In this document: positions 9,880 to 22,770 of the stretch, in pieces
Numbering within the stretch: position 1 is the stretch's first letter
How the letters are laid out: every line of letters starts with the position of its first letter
NCBI RefSeq assembly: GCF_001194135.2
Contig: NC_068987.1
Span: 75,705,358 to 75,746,063 of the forward strand
Length of the DNA stretch: 40,706 nucleotides
Reading direction: 5' to 3'
Origin: Octopus bimaculoides
Taxonomy: Eukaryota
Notes under the pieces: generated by a model
Told to the model about the DNA's origin: nothing
What the model saw: only the letters and a program-made list of their open reading frames with translations
Databases searched by the model: none
Translations under genes and position numbers: made by a program

Positions 9880-10650
9880 GATAACAACCGTACAATTAGT
9901 TTAATGAATTCCGAATGAATCTCATCTAGGTCGTTCCATAGGACGCCACTATCATAGGGGGTTTCGGTTGCACATACTATAGGAGTCACAGGGCGCTGCT
10001 CCATGTGGTCCTGCAGTTTCCATCTAACTAGGAATATTAGGGTCTCATCAATTGTCTTGAATTCAAGATCCTCTGCATGACATCCTGCTAGTTCAAAGCC
10101 AGGAATCTGATCTGTTAGGTTCTGCCGATAACTAAATCCACGCCATGCTGCCGACGCTTCTGTGGGATGAAAAATAAGACCCGTCAAAGGGCGGAAGAAC
10201 TACTGTGTTGTCAGCGACCAATTCAACAAGTACCTTATCGCGGTGAAGTGCCTATGAGCTCCATTGATCCGGCAAGCTATGTTGGAGGGAGAGAAATCTT
10301 CAGGCAGGTCTTACCAGGCCAGACAGGTCGATGGGGAGGAGACAGACAAAACCTTAACGACAATAAATCGAAGCGTCGGCAGCATGGCGTGGATTTAGTT
10401 ATCGGCAGAACCTAACAGATCAGATTCCTGGCTTTGAACTAGCAGGATGTCATGCAGAGGATCTTGAATTCAAGACAATTGATGAGACCCTAATATTCCT
10501 AGTTAGATGGAAACAGAGTGTCCAACAATCACCCTTCTCACCAAGCAAGCTTGATGGTGCTGACAGTTTAGTCCCCGATGACTCGACCATGCGACATGTT
10601 GTACTGGGTTACATGTTACTGGTAGCGTTCAAGAGCGATCGGACTGAAAC
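9880..10650 (-). mobile_element. Rearranged 5' part of an RTE-clade LINE (5' UTR plus AP endonuclease remnant)
   Basis: RRQHGVDLVI / LTDQIPGFE / LEFKTIDETLIFLVRWK / RPVTPIVCATET resemble APE motifs (HGVG..., F.P.NERI, VTIIVCYAPT). UTR blocks are homologous to 7460-7630. Confidence 0.65.
10016..10514. repeat. Perfect 145-bp inverted repeat (10016-10160 and 10370-10514), 209-bp spacer
   Basis: Checked base by base; no mismatch. Confidence 0.97.
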
Positions 10651-11275
10651 CACTTGCACAAATTAATAATTTGGGCACAAGGCCAGAAACTTGGAGGCGG
10701 ACTGGGTTAGGTGACACCGTTGACCTCGAAGGATTAAAAATGATGGTAAAAATAAGCGGAGATGAAAATATATTTGCCTGACCGATGAAAGAGCCCCAGT
10801 ATCACACATGAGAAGTTGGGATTCATAAAACCAGAACATGCCTAACCAGTATGTTACAGCGGAAAGCTGTTAAAGGTAGTGTCAAAATATGTAAAACATT
10901 CATGAACTTCAGCATATAAACCATATATGTAATGACACCCTTGCCTGCACTCATATGTACATTCAAACCTCCATATGTATATGTATACGTATGTATATAC
11001 ATATAAGACTGCCTTGTTTGATATGGTCTAAATTCGAACAAAAATGTCGTTTCTTGGTTACAAAGCAACCCTTTGGTGAGAAATTCGAAAAATAAAGCCA
11101 AGAACATATACATACACGTTCGCAGATACATGTACATATATTATACATATATAAGTTTATATCTATCAATGTTTATGTATGTAAATATATATATATACAC
11201 ACGTAATCATGCACGTGCTGCGTGTACACGTATGTAGATAGTAATAAGTGTAATCTGTCGTGTGACAACAGGCTT

Positions 11276-11333
<58 letters not shown>

Positions 11334-11811
11334 ATGTATGTATGTATGTATGTATGTATGTATATATATATATATGAATACAGACACACACACATTATAT
11401 ATATAGTTTTAGGGAAAATAACCAAGTTTCAAGAACTCATCGATNNNNNNNNNNNNNNNNNNNNNNNNNNNNNNNNNNNNNNNNNNNNNNNNNNNNNNNN
11501 NNNNNNNNNNNNNNNNNNNNNNNNNNNNNNNNNNNNNNNNNNNNNNNNNNNNNNNNNNNNNNNNNNNNNNNNNNNNNNNNNNNNNNNNNNNNNNNNNNNN
11601 NNNNNNNNNNNNNNNNNNNNNNNNNNNNNNNNNNNNNNNNNNNNNNNNNNNNNNNNNNNNNNNNNNNNNNNNNNNNNNNNNNNNNNNNNNNNNNNNNNNN
11701 NNNNNNNNNNNNNNNNNNNNNNNNNNNNNNNNNNNNNNNNNNNNNNNNNNNNNNNNNNNNNNNNNNNNNNNNNNNNNNNNNNNNNNNNNNNNNNNNNNAT
11801 ATATATAATAT

Positions 11812-11843
<32 letters not shown>

Positions 11844-12968
11844 ATATATATATATATAATATATATATATATAATATATATATATATATAATATATATAC
11901 GCAGACAGAAATGCTAGTCACTCCAGCTGACAGGAAGTGAAGAAAAGCCGCGTCTAAATGTTGAGGAAAGTTGCAGTAGTAGTAGTAGTGGTGGGTTTGG
12001 TGGTGGCAATGAGATTTGATCGTGAGCGGATTGAGCAAAAATAGAGGCGACCAATGTATTTGAAGTAGATTGCCAATGGATAATCTTGCCGCGTTTTATA
12101 TTACCAGAAACTGTAACAAGATTCAGTAGTAGACTAGTTGGAATTTCTTCAGGGAAGTTGTCGTGCTATATTAATAAAATGTTAAACAGATGTGTGTACA
12201 TACATAAACACTTACGTACGTATGTATGTACACGAATACGTACACAGCTATATGAATATTTCTATGTAAGCACATAGACATGTCCCTTCTCGCTCTACCA
12301 TGTAGGCATGAAACATACACACATATTTATATGTGTGCATGAGCCTGCGCCTTTGTGTGCGTGTGTGTGTTTCTGTGTGTATGCGTATAGTGGTAATATT
12401 TACAAACGAATCGTTGTTCGCAGAATTTCAGAAAACCATGAAATAAACGATTTGTTTGACCTAGTTGGTCTCTTCAGCAACTCGAAACCTTTATCTTAGT
12501 TTGTGACAGAAGCCACAGCTCTTGCTGTTTTACTATAAACTGAGCTGCTTGAAAGTTGAGACTTATTTTAACTCCGTAGAGCACAGTTACTGATTTGAAA
12601 CTAGAAGTTTTGTCTCGAGGAAATTTGTGCGAAACACGACCTTAAAATATAATTACATCATGTCTCTCTCTTTCTAATCTAATCTTCGTGAAATATGTAT
12701 GACCTTCCTATAATGTTGTAAGACAGTGATTCTCGATTTGGAAACATAGGCCACCCAAAGAATACTATCGCAATTTTAGAGGGCATGTGAAAAAGTAGGA
12801 CAGTTCAGGGTTATATATGTTTCTCAGAGGGTCACATAAGAAATTTAACTACCCAGTCCTCAAAAACACAATTGCATAATCTTCATATTTCACCAACACA
12901 GATATTTATCATTTAAATAGTTGTATGTTATTGTTTAACAAGCAATCATTATGGTAAGGATTGGAAGA

Positions 12969-13165
12969 GCCGTGAGCTGGCAGAATCATTAGAGTTTCAG
13001 AAAAATGCCTTACAGTTTTCGTTCCGTGTCCTTGGAGTTAAAAATCAGCTTGAGTGAACCTATCTTTTCATCCACTCGAGGTCGTTGAAATAAAGTACCA
13101 GTTAAGTTGTAGAGTTGGTGATCTCCTTAAAACTGCTTGTCCTGCTCTCAATTAGAAACAATTAT
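12969..13165 (+). mobile_element. SINE family A, old copy; a further fragment lies at about 13265-13370
   Basis: GCCGTGAGCTGGCAGAATCATTAG...TTTTCATCCACTCGAGGTCG...AAGTACCAGTT. Confidence 0.7.
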
Positions 13166-14532
13166 AAAAAAAAAAAAACATGTCACATGGCTCATTAAAT
13201 AAAATTACCAATCACGAGAATTTTTTTTTTTTTTTGGTATTGTATATTTCACATTTCTAAATAATGTGAGGTCGATTTTACCTTTTATCCTTCCGGGGTC
13301 GATAAAATAAGGGGCAAAATGATTGAATTATCTCTCCTCTCAAAATTGCTGGCCTTGTACCAAAATTATAACGAAGTTAATTTTTAGCTGTCCTTGTAAC
13401 ACATATGCGCTTACTATACATTTTTTTCTTTATAGAGTTTTGTGTTTTTTTTATCTGCATACAAATAGTCTTTTTTAAGCTACCACAAACATAGTTTTTC
13501 TCTTTTTCTTTAATGTAAATAAAGTACACATTATCAAAGTTAGTTTTTGGCACTCTTTATAATGTTATGCTCTGACTGTACATTTATATCGTCATAGAAT
13601 TTTGTCTATAGCTTTATCTACACAGAAAATGGCTGTTCTTTTAAGCTGTTACATACGCAGTTTCTCTTTTTTTTTAGTTACAAAATAAACTTTATCAATA
13701 GTAAATAGTATATCTCTATCTAACAGCGTCTATGAGGGAGATACACAGCAAAGTTAAATTAACAAGGGGCAATGAACAATAAAAGAATTGGAACCATTGA
13801 CTGTTGAAAAGATCTTGAAGAAACCTACAAATTCAGAGACTTATTTTATCTTTTAATGGCTCCTGGTCGTAGCTGAATGACTAGTGTGCTAAGACCTCTA
13901 AGTCTGCAACAGGATATATTATATACACTGAAAAATGTGTAAGCAAGTATTAGAGTATAGGATATCTATACAGATTTAAAGCTTTGGTTATAAAATTCTT
14001 TCCTCGTTAGTTAATAACGTACATTAAAATATTGTAGCAGACCATTTTGTGTATAAAACAGATGAACATGATAAGAAAACTATAACGTGTTAAATAAAAC
14101 ACGACATGCATTTGAAGCTGGAGAACTTCAACGTGATTATTCGACCAGCAAGAATAACATCCAATTCTTCTCCATGCTATCTACTGTCTTAGAAAATAAT
14201 ATATTAGGTAATGTGACCATAGATATACTCTGACAGAAAGAGAGGGTCGTGGTGGTAGTTCCTTCGCGCATGCTCACACGCTCGAACGCACGAAAATATA
14301 CCCCTTCCCTCCACACACATAAAGGCGCGCACGTAATTCAATCTCTTTATCACCAATGGTTTAAACTGCCAGTCGTTGAATAAAATTCAGGTGACTAATG
14401 AAATTTGAATATTTACCTAAGTATTACACTTAACGACTCTAAACGTTAAACTAGAAATAAAACAAGAAACAACTGCAACATTTAATGTAATCTTAAACTG
14501 AAAAAAGCAAAACAAAACAGAAAGAAAGTACT

Positions 14533-14604
<72 letters not shown>

Positions 14605-15066
14605 TACAGAATGGGACAAGAACGCAAAACATCCAGACAGTTAGGTGATACAAGAAAGGCACAAAACATACAGATAGACGATACAAAGAAAACATGGACA
14701 TGTCATTCGGAATTTTCTCTCTTCAGTCGAGATCCAGATTATCCTTGCAATTTCGGGTGGTTATTCTCGATATTGCTCCAATCTGGCCAGCCCCAAGGAA
14801 AAACTAAGCTAAGAGCATTAGATTCCTTGGAAGAAAGCAGCGAATGTATACAAAAACAAGGACGGAAAAAAAACGAACAATGTTACAGAAATACAGTAAG
14901 AATAATAACAGGACAGATATTGCGTTTTGTAAACGATAGTGGTGTTAGTTACTGTCCACTGCATTTCTGATGGTCGCGGAAGGGACCGTCCGGGCAGCAC
15001 GGGCAGAAAAATACCATAACGTAATTTTGTTTGAAATACCTGTTTGTTGGCAACATTCACACCGAT

Positions 15067-15227
15067 CAGGGCGGCGAGCTGGCAGAACCGTTAGCGCGCC
15101 GGGCGAAATGATTATCGGTATTTCGTCTGCCGTTACGTTCTGAGTTCAAATTCTGCAGTAGAGACAATCTAATCGACTGGCGCCCGCCCCCAAAATTTTG
15201 AGTCTTGTGCCTAGAGCAGAAAAGAAT
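15067..15227 (+). mobile_element. SINE family A, internally deleted, 12-bp TSD
   Basis: TSD ATTCACACCGAT lies at 15055-15066 and 15228-15239. Confidence 0.9.
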
Positions 15228-15284
15228 ATTCACACCGATGTGTATATTTGTCTCCATAACATAGAGGCTTGCGTGTACACACAC

Positions 15285-15336
<52 letters not shown>

Positions 15337-15384
15337 TTACATGTTTATATGTATGTGTTTATGTATCGTAGATTAGTATATTTA

Positions 15385-15535
15385 AATGGCTAAGAAGTTC
15401 GCTTAACAAATGTGAGGTCACAGGTTCGATCTCATTGCGTAACATCTTTGTCAGTTGTCATTTTTTATAGCCGTAGGTCAACCCATATCTTGTAAGCCAA
15501 ATTTGTGAATGGAAACTGAATAGAAACCTGTCGGG
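15385..15535 (+). mobile_element. SINE family B, highly diverged 5' part
   Basis: GGCTAAGAAGTTCGCTT...GGTTCGATCTC...TATAGCC...GGAAACTGAATAGAAACCTGTCG. Confidence 0.6.
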
Positions 15536-16114
15536 TGGATTATACCGGTAATTCAAAAGTTACTCAGTCACGCTGTTTCAAGCTAGGAATTACGATAAGG
15601 GTACTCGTCAGTGGAATGCTCAGCTACGTCCATGTTTATTCAGGAGCAGGTTATCCATTTGACCAAACAATTGAATCCTCATCTTCGATTGACGGCGACT
15701 CCCCAGCCTCATATCTATCTATTTACCTATTTATGTATGTATGGATGGCTGTTCAAAGTAAGCTTCTGTCCAGTTTCTGTTTACCAGATTTCACTCACAA
15801 GGCTCTGATTAGCGCTACCAATGTTACTGTTCCGTGGTATCTAATCCGAACCACCTGACCGCTATACGAATTTTTTAACCCTACACACTTACGTGCTCTT
15901 AGACTTAATAAACACAACGGAATTATGTAAATCACAGAAGTTTTTGTTTGTAAGTATAACGTAGAACGCACAAATAATTCACCCTAGTAACAACTAACTG
16001 AATAGCCGATATTTTAACTAATCCATTTACTGATTAGTGAACAAAAGCGTAGATGAATGGTCAGAAAATGTAAAAGCTGGTAATAATAACTGTTTTCTAC
16101 AGCTAAAACAGCTA

Positions 16115-16348
16115 CACGAAAGGGTGCTGAAAAGGTCCTGGGTAGAAGAGAATACACGAGGATCAGTTAATTATGATTTTGTTCAACATATCCTCCCCCA
16201 ACAAAAAAAAATTCACACACTCATTGCAGTGGTTCTTCAGTTTCTATTTTTTTTTTCTAAGCCTTGTAAACGAACTCGGAAGGTTGGGCCTGGAATCAGG
16301 CTTTTCACGATACTCTTAAAGTCAGGACGTTTTCAGCACCCCTTCGTA
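16115..16348 (-). mobile_element. Mariner-derived MITE (26-bp TIRs; retains the transposase C-terminal tail)
   Basis: The left TIR CACGAAAGGGTGCTGAAAAGGTCCTG differs by 3 mismatches from the right TIR reverse complement TACGAAGGGGTGCTGAAAACGTCCTG. The interior minus strand resembles the mariner end motif (..GLEKL..RCN.CV...GEYVE*). Confidence 0.75.
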
Positions 16349-17311
16349 AGAAGCCATCAAAAGAGTTCCTTTCTACGCTAGCTCGTGATCTGCTACAAAT
16401 AATAACCAAATTTACAAGTCAAATACTACTGTCTTAAAAGTGGGAGAGGAGAAATACACTAGGTAATGTTGCCCCAGCAGATAACATTGTTTTATATTTC
16501 ATTGATACTTTAAGTATTTTACCATCGATGTAATGGCCATGGCCAGAATGCTTTTTTTTTTTAGCTATAGGTTTACCAAATCAAAGTAGACCGTTCTGTT
16601 TTACTTGCTGAGTTTGGAGGTAGAGGCAGCACTCATGACTTTCGTAGGCATTCTGAGGCCAGTGAGATTGATGCCATTAATGTTTCTCGTGAACTTTTTG
16701 TGAGCCAACGCTTAAGAGAAAGATATGTGTAAGGAGACAATGGCAGAAGAACGACATTCTAAGAAGGAAGTACAGGGCGTAGTCATTAGTGCAGGACCTG
16801 GGCGGGGTAGAACCTTGCGCTAAATAACAAAAATAACGTAATAATAAACACCAGTGAAAATTTGTTTAATCCAGAGATCTGGGATATTCATCAAATATTC
16901 ATGGAGCTTGAGAATTTAGTGTTCCGCACCAAATATGATAAAATTATAAGGAAATGCGAAAGCAATCGTGATAAAAAAAAACTGCTTTCACTGTTTTTTC
17001 TTAATGTTTTAAATAAAAACTGTTCAACAGACTCATATATACACATATATACACATAAATAAAATAAATATATACACATCCATGTATAAAAATGTGTGTG
17101 TGTGCTCGTGTGTGGTATATATGTGTCTGTATGTATATAAGTGTATATACGCACATACACTTTCTCTCACTCTCTTATTGTGTGGTCTTGAACGTTCCAA
17201 CATGCACAATAAAATACTCAACACGGGGTTTTCTTATTCTTTTAGACGGTCATCTTTTGTGAACATCTTTTGTAAACACACATATATATATACTCTCTCT
17301 GTCTATGTATA

Positions 17312-17352
<41 letters not shown>

Positions 17353-17717
17353 GCATGCGGGGGCATGTGGAAAAAATACACCTAACTGTCACTCAAAAAC
17401 GAACGGGTACATTAGATGAACCAATCCTAGGTTCTCCCAAAGAAACGGGAATTGATCACGACTGGAACACAGTTGGTCACAGGTCTCTTCAACTGGATAT
17501 CAACGAAAGTTAAACAAAAACAGCAACATCGGGAACAATACAAAGAAGAAGAACAACAATTATAATAATTACCTACAACAGCAGTGACGACTAATCCTCG
17601 ATATTATCATATACTTCAGAATCAATGCAACGGTTATCAAGCGTTAATTCATACAATGAAGAAAATATATCAATGTAAGATTTAGGAAGTGAACATGTTT
17701 CATAGAATAGCAGTAAT

Positions 17718-17934
17718 TGTCCTTTCTACTGGAAACACAAGGCCTCAAGTTTGGGAGAAGAGATTAAGTCGATTACATCGACCCCAGTGCGTAACTGGTA
17801 CTTATTTAAACGACTCCGAAAGGATGAAAGGCAAAGTCGTCCTCGGCGGAATTTGAACTCAGAACGTAGCAGCAGAGCAAATACTGCTAAGCATTTCGCA
17901 CGGCGTGCTAACGATTCTACCAGCTAGCCGCCTT
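17718..17934 (-). mobile_element. SINE family A, full-length monomer with diverged 14-bp TSD
   Basis: AGAATAGCAGTAAT (17704-17717) versus AGAGTAGCAGCAAT (17935-17948). Confidence 0.9.
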
Positions 17935-18069
17935 AGAGTAGCAGCAATAGTAACAACTACCAGAAAATAATTAGCGAGCTAGCAATTAATATAGAAATAA
18001 ATTAAACGACGCCTTTAAGTATAAATGCCCCTTGAAAATGTGGGGATTTTATATTGATTTGAGATTTTG

Positions 18070-18280
18070 ACACAAGGCTAGCAATTCCGTGGAAGTTGGT
18101 AAGTCGATTACATCACCCCAATACTCAATTTATATTTATTTTGTCAACCCCAGTGCTCAACGGGTACTTATTTTACCTACTCTGAAGGTCGGCGATATTT
18201 AACCTCGGAATGTAAAGGCGGACGAAATGCTCCTCAGCATTTTGTTCGGTGAGCCAACGATCCTGCCAGCTCAACGCCTT
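18070..18280 (-). mobile_element. SINE family A, diverged
   Basis: GACACAAGGCTAGCAATT...AAGTCGATTACATC...AACGATCCTGCCAGCTC. Confidence 0.72.
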
Positions 18281-18398
18281 ACGGGATTCTCTTTTAACTC
18301 AGCAGAATATGATTTTGTGGGAAATATATCAATAGCGCTTGTCTCTTATGTATATCCCTATAGTATAACTCCGTGTCTTTCTAAAATATCTTTTATGA

Positions 18399-18500
<102 letters not shown>

Positions 18501-19734
18501 CATACAAATATATACACATACCTACATATATATATACATATGTACGTACATACATACATGAGTATGTGTGTACATATACACATGTATAAGTTATATGCCT
18601 ATATATAACGAGTGTCCTTTGATGCTTTGCTTTCAATTTTGGCTTTGAGCCTTCGTCCATAAGGTTTTGCTCTATGTTTTGTCTATTTATGCATTGTTGA
18701 AATTTCATGATAGGAATACGGGATGACCCTAAATTCTGGACACAGGCGAAAATTCATATTTTCAATAATTTTCTTCAACTGCATCGATGAATAACAATTC
18801 CAACATGGTTTACACTATGGAATAATTCAATTCTTTCTTTTTTCAACAAACTCATATTCAATTTGTGGAAGAAAAAAAGAAGAATATTAGTGATATGTCC
18901 CATGTATCCAGATTTTATGTTCACCCTGAAAAATGAATTTAAAAACTGAAATTGAAAATTCTAATCATGCTCTAACGACGATGATCTGCTACTATCAAAT
19001 GTAATGGACTCAAGTTTGGTTGATCTCCAGTTAAAACTGAAATTTTTTTTTAAATGACCAACCACTCAGTGGATCATATTGAAAATGAAGAATCTGAAAA
19101 TATACATTCCTAACTTTTACTGGATTTTGACAACAAGAAAAAATATTCTTTCGACACAAAAACATGCCGTCGTCTATCCCTTACCACTATTTTGTGGTAC
19201 TGTAAAGCAATGATGTGTGAATTTTCAGCAGGAATGTCATCAAAGATAGGCTAACTTTGACGGACATGTTTTTGTTTTAACACTGTATAAAAAAATGGCC
19301 ACCAAAGGAAGGTAAAATTCTATCTAGTGTAAAAGCTCGCTAGTTAAGACCTTTTTGTTGTTGTTTTGTGTTATTGGTGTTGTGAAGTTAGCTTCTAAGA
19401 AAGGGACTGAAAATATGCGGGGAAATGTCTGGCGATAGGATAAGAGTTGAAAAATATTACAGAGCTGTCAACACGAGGAAATGTTAGGCTCTGTGAAGGG
19501 GTACTTTGGGATGGAGTGCTTTGGGATGGAAAGATAAAGAAGAAAGTTAAAGTGAGAGCAATAATTCTTGTTCTGTTCCAAAATAACTTCATTGGCAGAT
19601 TTTGCTATAAACGTGGGTTGTTGATAGCACTAGCAGCCAAAAAGAATTTTATATGGAGCTAAATATGCAACGATGGCAGTTTCTATACAAGTATTTATAT
19701 TTGAAAAAGTAAGGGGTAGCATACATACATACAT

Positions 19735-19794
<60 letters not shown>

Positions 19795-19914
19795 CAGACG
19801 CCAATACATACTCAGTACTTAGATTATCGATCCTTACAGTGATGAAAATTAAGTTCAAATGGAAGATAATACTAATAACAAATTAAAGACAGTGGGATAT
19901 AATGTTCCTTAGTA

Positions 19915-20050
19915 ATTAACTCGTACTTATTTATCAAGGCCGAAAGGGTAAAGACTAGAGTCGAACTTCGTGGATTAGGAACTCGGAAATTAAATGAGTA
20001 CTACTAAATATCGCATTTTCCCCGACGCTCTACCGGTTCTGCTAAACCAC
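19915..20050 (-). mobile_element. SINE family A, very diverged
   Basis: GTACTTATTTATC...CGAAAGGGTAAAGACTAGAGTCGAAC...GAACTCGGA...CCGGTTCTGCTA. Confidence 0.55.
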
Positions 20051-20473
20051 CCTTTTACATAAATATAACCGAAGTATCTCCTAAAGAGACAAAAAAGTCT
20101 CCTTCGGACCAGTCGTACATCTTTGTACTGCAGTGTACTTTAGCGTCTTTCTTATATACCAGCAACCGCAGTAGTTATTTAAGCATTTACCAGTGTGTTA
20201 GAATATAAGTTCCTGAGAGGAAAAAATAACAAACTTAGCGCCCTAGTTTCGACATCCGGTTGTAATGGAGGCTTTTAATTTTATATACGTATCTAATGCG
20301 CTGGTCGAATGCCTGATCGGTGACTGATCTGTAAATGTACAACAGTAACTGTTTATAAGACGGCGTCTTAATTAAGTATAGTAAATAAAACATAATACGT
20401 AAACAAGCAAAGGCGCTCACACACTCAAGTACGCACACACGCACGCAAATATATACTCATAAAACACACACCT

Positions 20474-20516
<43 letters not shown>

Positions 20517-20821
20517 NNNNNNNNNNNNNNNNNNNNNNNNNNNNNNNNNNNNNNNNNNNNNNNNNNNNNNNNNNNNNNNNNNNNNNNNNNNNNNNNNNNN
20601 NNNNNNNNNNNNNNNNNNNNNNNNNNNNNNNNNNNNNNNNNNNNNNNNNNNNNNNNNNNNNNNNNNNNNNNNNNNNNNNNNNNNNNNNNNNNNNNNNNNN
20701 NNNNNNNNNNNNNNNNNNNNNNNNNNNNNNNNNNNNNNNNNNNNNNNNNNNNNNNNNNNNNNNNNNNNNNNNNNNNNNNNNNNNNNNNNNNNNNNNNNNN
20801 NNNNNNNNNNNNNNNNNNNNN

Positions 20822-20940
20822 CATATTCTCCTCTCCGATTCACACACGTATTGCAGTGGTCCCTCAGTTTTTCTAAGCCCCGTAAAAGAACTCGGAAGGT
20901 TGAGCCACCAGCAAGGCCTTTCGTGATACCCTTAAAACCA
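20822..20940 (-). mobile_element. Partial second copy of the mariner MITE, cut by a gap
   Basis: ATTCACACACGTATTGCAGTGGTCCCTCAG...GAACTCGGAAGGTTG...GATACCCTTAAA aligns with 16210-16322. Confidence 0.8.
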
Positions 20941-21075
20941 ACAATCTTTGCTCTTATATAGTTTGCTTTTTAAATTCTACCAAAACACACAAGGCATTCT
21001 ACGTGGAATGGAGCACACACATACAAAAAAAAAACGCTAATACACAGACTATTTCCATATAAATGTGTATATGTA

Positions 21076-21112
<37 letters not shown>

Positions 21113-21484
21113 CACACACACACACAACACACACACACACATGTATATATACGGTCTGTGACCATCTGGTAGTATGTATGTAAGCATGTCTACAAGCAGA
21201 GAGGTTCAGAAAGAAAACGCAGAAACACATACATTTATATAAGCATACATCAATATATAACAACGCTCATACATTCATATCCACATACTCCCACACACGA
21301 GGAATGGATTCCAGACACTTCTATACCCATCTGTCTAGCATACGCAGTGGAAATGGATCGACTAGCGAGTTAAGTCAACGGGTACAGTGCGGAAATCTTT
21401 TATATACATAGACATGAGCATATAGATATATGTGTGCATAATTATTGACAAATGCGCGAGTTCATTCACATATATGTGTGTGTG

Positions 21485-21526
<42 letters not shown>

Positions 21527-21596
21527 TGTTTTTATATATATATGTATATATGCATGTATGTCTATATATATATATGTGAGCATGTATAATGTATTT

Positions 21597-21668
<72 letters not shown>

Positions 21669-21720
21669 ATGTATGTACGTATGTATGCATGTATATATGT
21701 ATATGTATATCTGTCTGTCA

Positions 21721-21777
<57 letters not shown>

Positions 21778-22029
21778 CGCGCGCATTGGGTTATCGCATC
21801 TAACATCTCACATGTAGCCTTTAAAATTTCTCATTTTCACATTCCAGGTCATCAGATTGTATTGGAGTCTGCATCGGTTGTCGTGTCTATACCTTTCACA
21901 TGCATCCCTACAACCTTTAAACATCAGGTGTTTCATTCTTATTTCTCGTTTCTATGTATTCATATGCCACGCAGGTATATATGTATTTATGGATTATATC
22001 CATGTGCATGCGCGTGAGGAATATCGTGA

Positions 22030-22770
22030 TACAGCTGTGGAACATGGTCAACATGTAGCAGACATCTTCCCCGTCTGAATCGTTTCCACCAGCTGTTCCT
22101 GTGCTTCATTATGAGAATCTCTTGAGAATCTTTATACCAGTGGAAAAACGCGTTCATATGTCAATTGTGGAATGTAAGATATTGCGCCAACGACAGAGAT
22201 ACTTTTGTTATATTGTGTCTAGAGGGCATTCGATTGCCAAAGCAGGTAATGTATTCCGAGCTGAATCAGGGCAAGCGCCTGCAAAGCAAAACAAAGTTAT
22301 ACAGATTGTCTGAAAGATGCACTGATGAAAACCATCATCGACATCGATACTTGGGAAGATCACACTTCAAACAAGGACCAGCAGACAAGTGCGATTTCCT
22401 GTGGTGTTGAAGAGTTTAGAACATTTAAAACCAAAGTGCATAGCTTATGCTCACTTGAAACGTTCTGCAAAACATATAGAAGCAACAAAAAAAAAAAAAA
22501 AGAGGCTGTAGAAAACCCCATTCCTTGTAATGCAAGGCCTGAAGTCGTGTGTGCCGTTCAAAGATAGAATTACTTTGCCGTGAGTAGTGTCACGTATATC
22601 ATGATACTGTAAAGCTATGCATAACAAAGTATGTTGTTATGAGAGGTATGTCACTGAAATAAACAAAGCTCATCGAATATGTTGAAATGTTCATCTTGCA
22701 GTAAAAACTGCAAGTTGCTGGCTGGACTTAAGAGCAACATCACAAGACACCATTGTCAAGCCAAATTTAT
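22030..22770 (+). mobile_element. RTE (BovB-like) LINE 3' end: post-RT region and C-terminal zinc-finger remnant
   Basis: SCGTWSTCSRHLPRLNRFHQ, EGIRLPKQVMYSELNQGKR, IDIDTWED..SNKD and CSSCSKNCKLLAGLKSNITRH (compare C..C.R.C.S.IGL.SH.R.H). Frameshifted. Confidence 0.82.

Noticed and set aside
10515-10655. Possible HDV-like ribozyme in the RTE 5' UTR (GTTTCAGTCC / GGACTAAAC long-range pairing)
   Set aside because: RTE elements can carry HDV-like ribozymes, but I could not place P1, P3/L3, P1.1 or a C75-containing J4/2. Only a generic stem is supported.
14611-14970. 119-aa ORF with an internal acceptor; faint hammerhead-like (CTGAAGA on minus) and RTE-like (GHVIR) hints
   Set aside because: None of the three readings has enough matching positions.
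18715-19270. DNA-transposon-like AT-rich segment
   Set aside because: I could not find matching terminal inverted repeats or a TSD.
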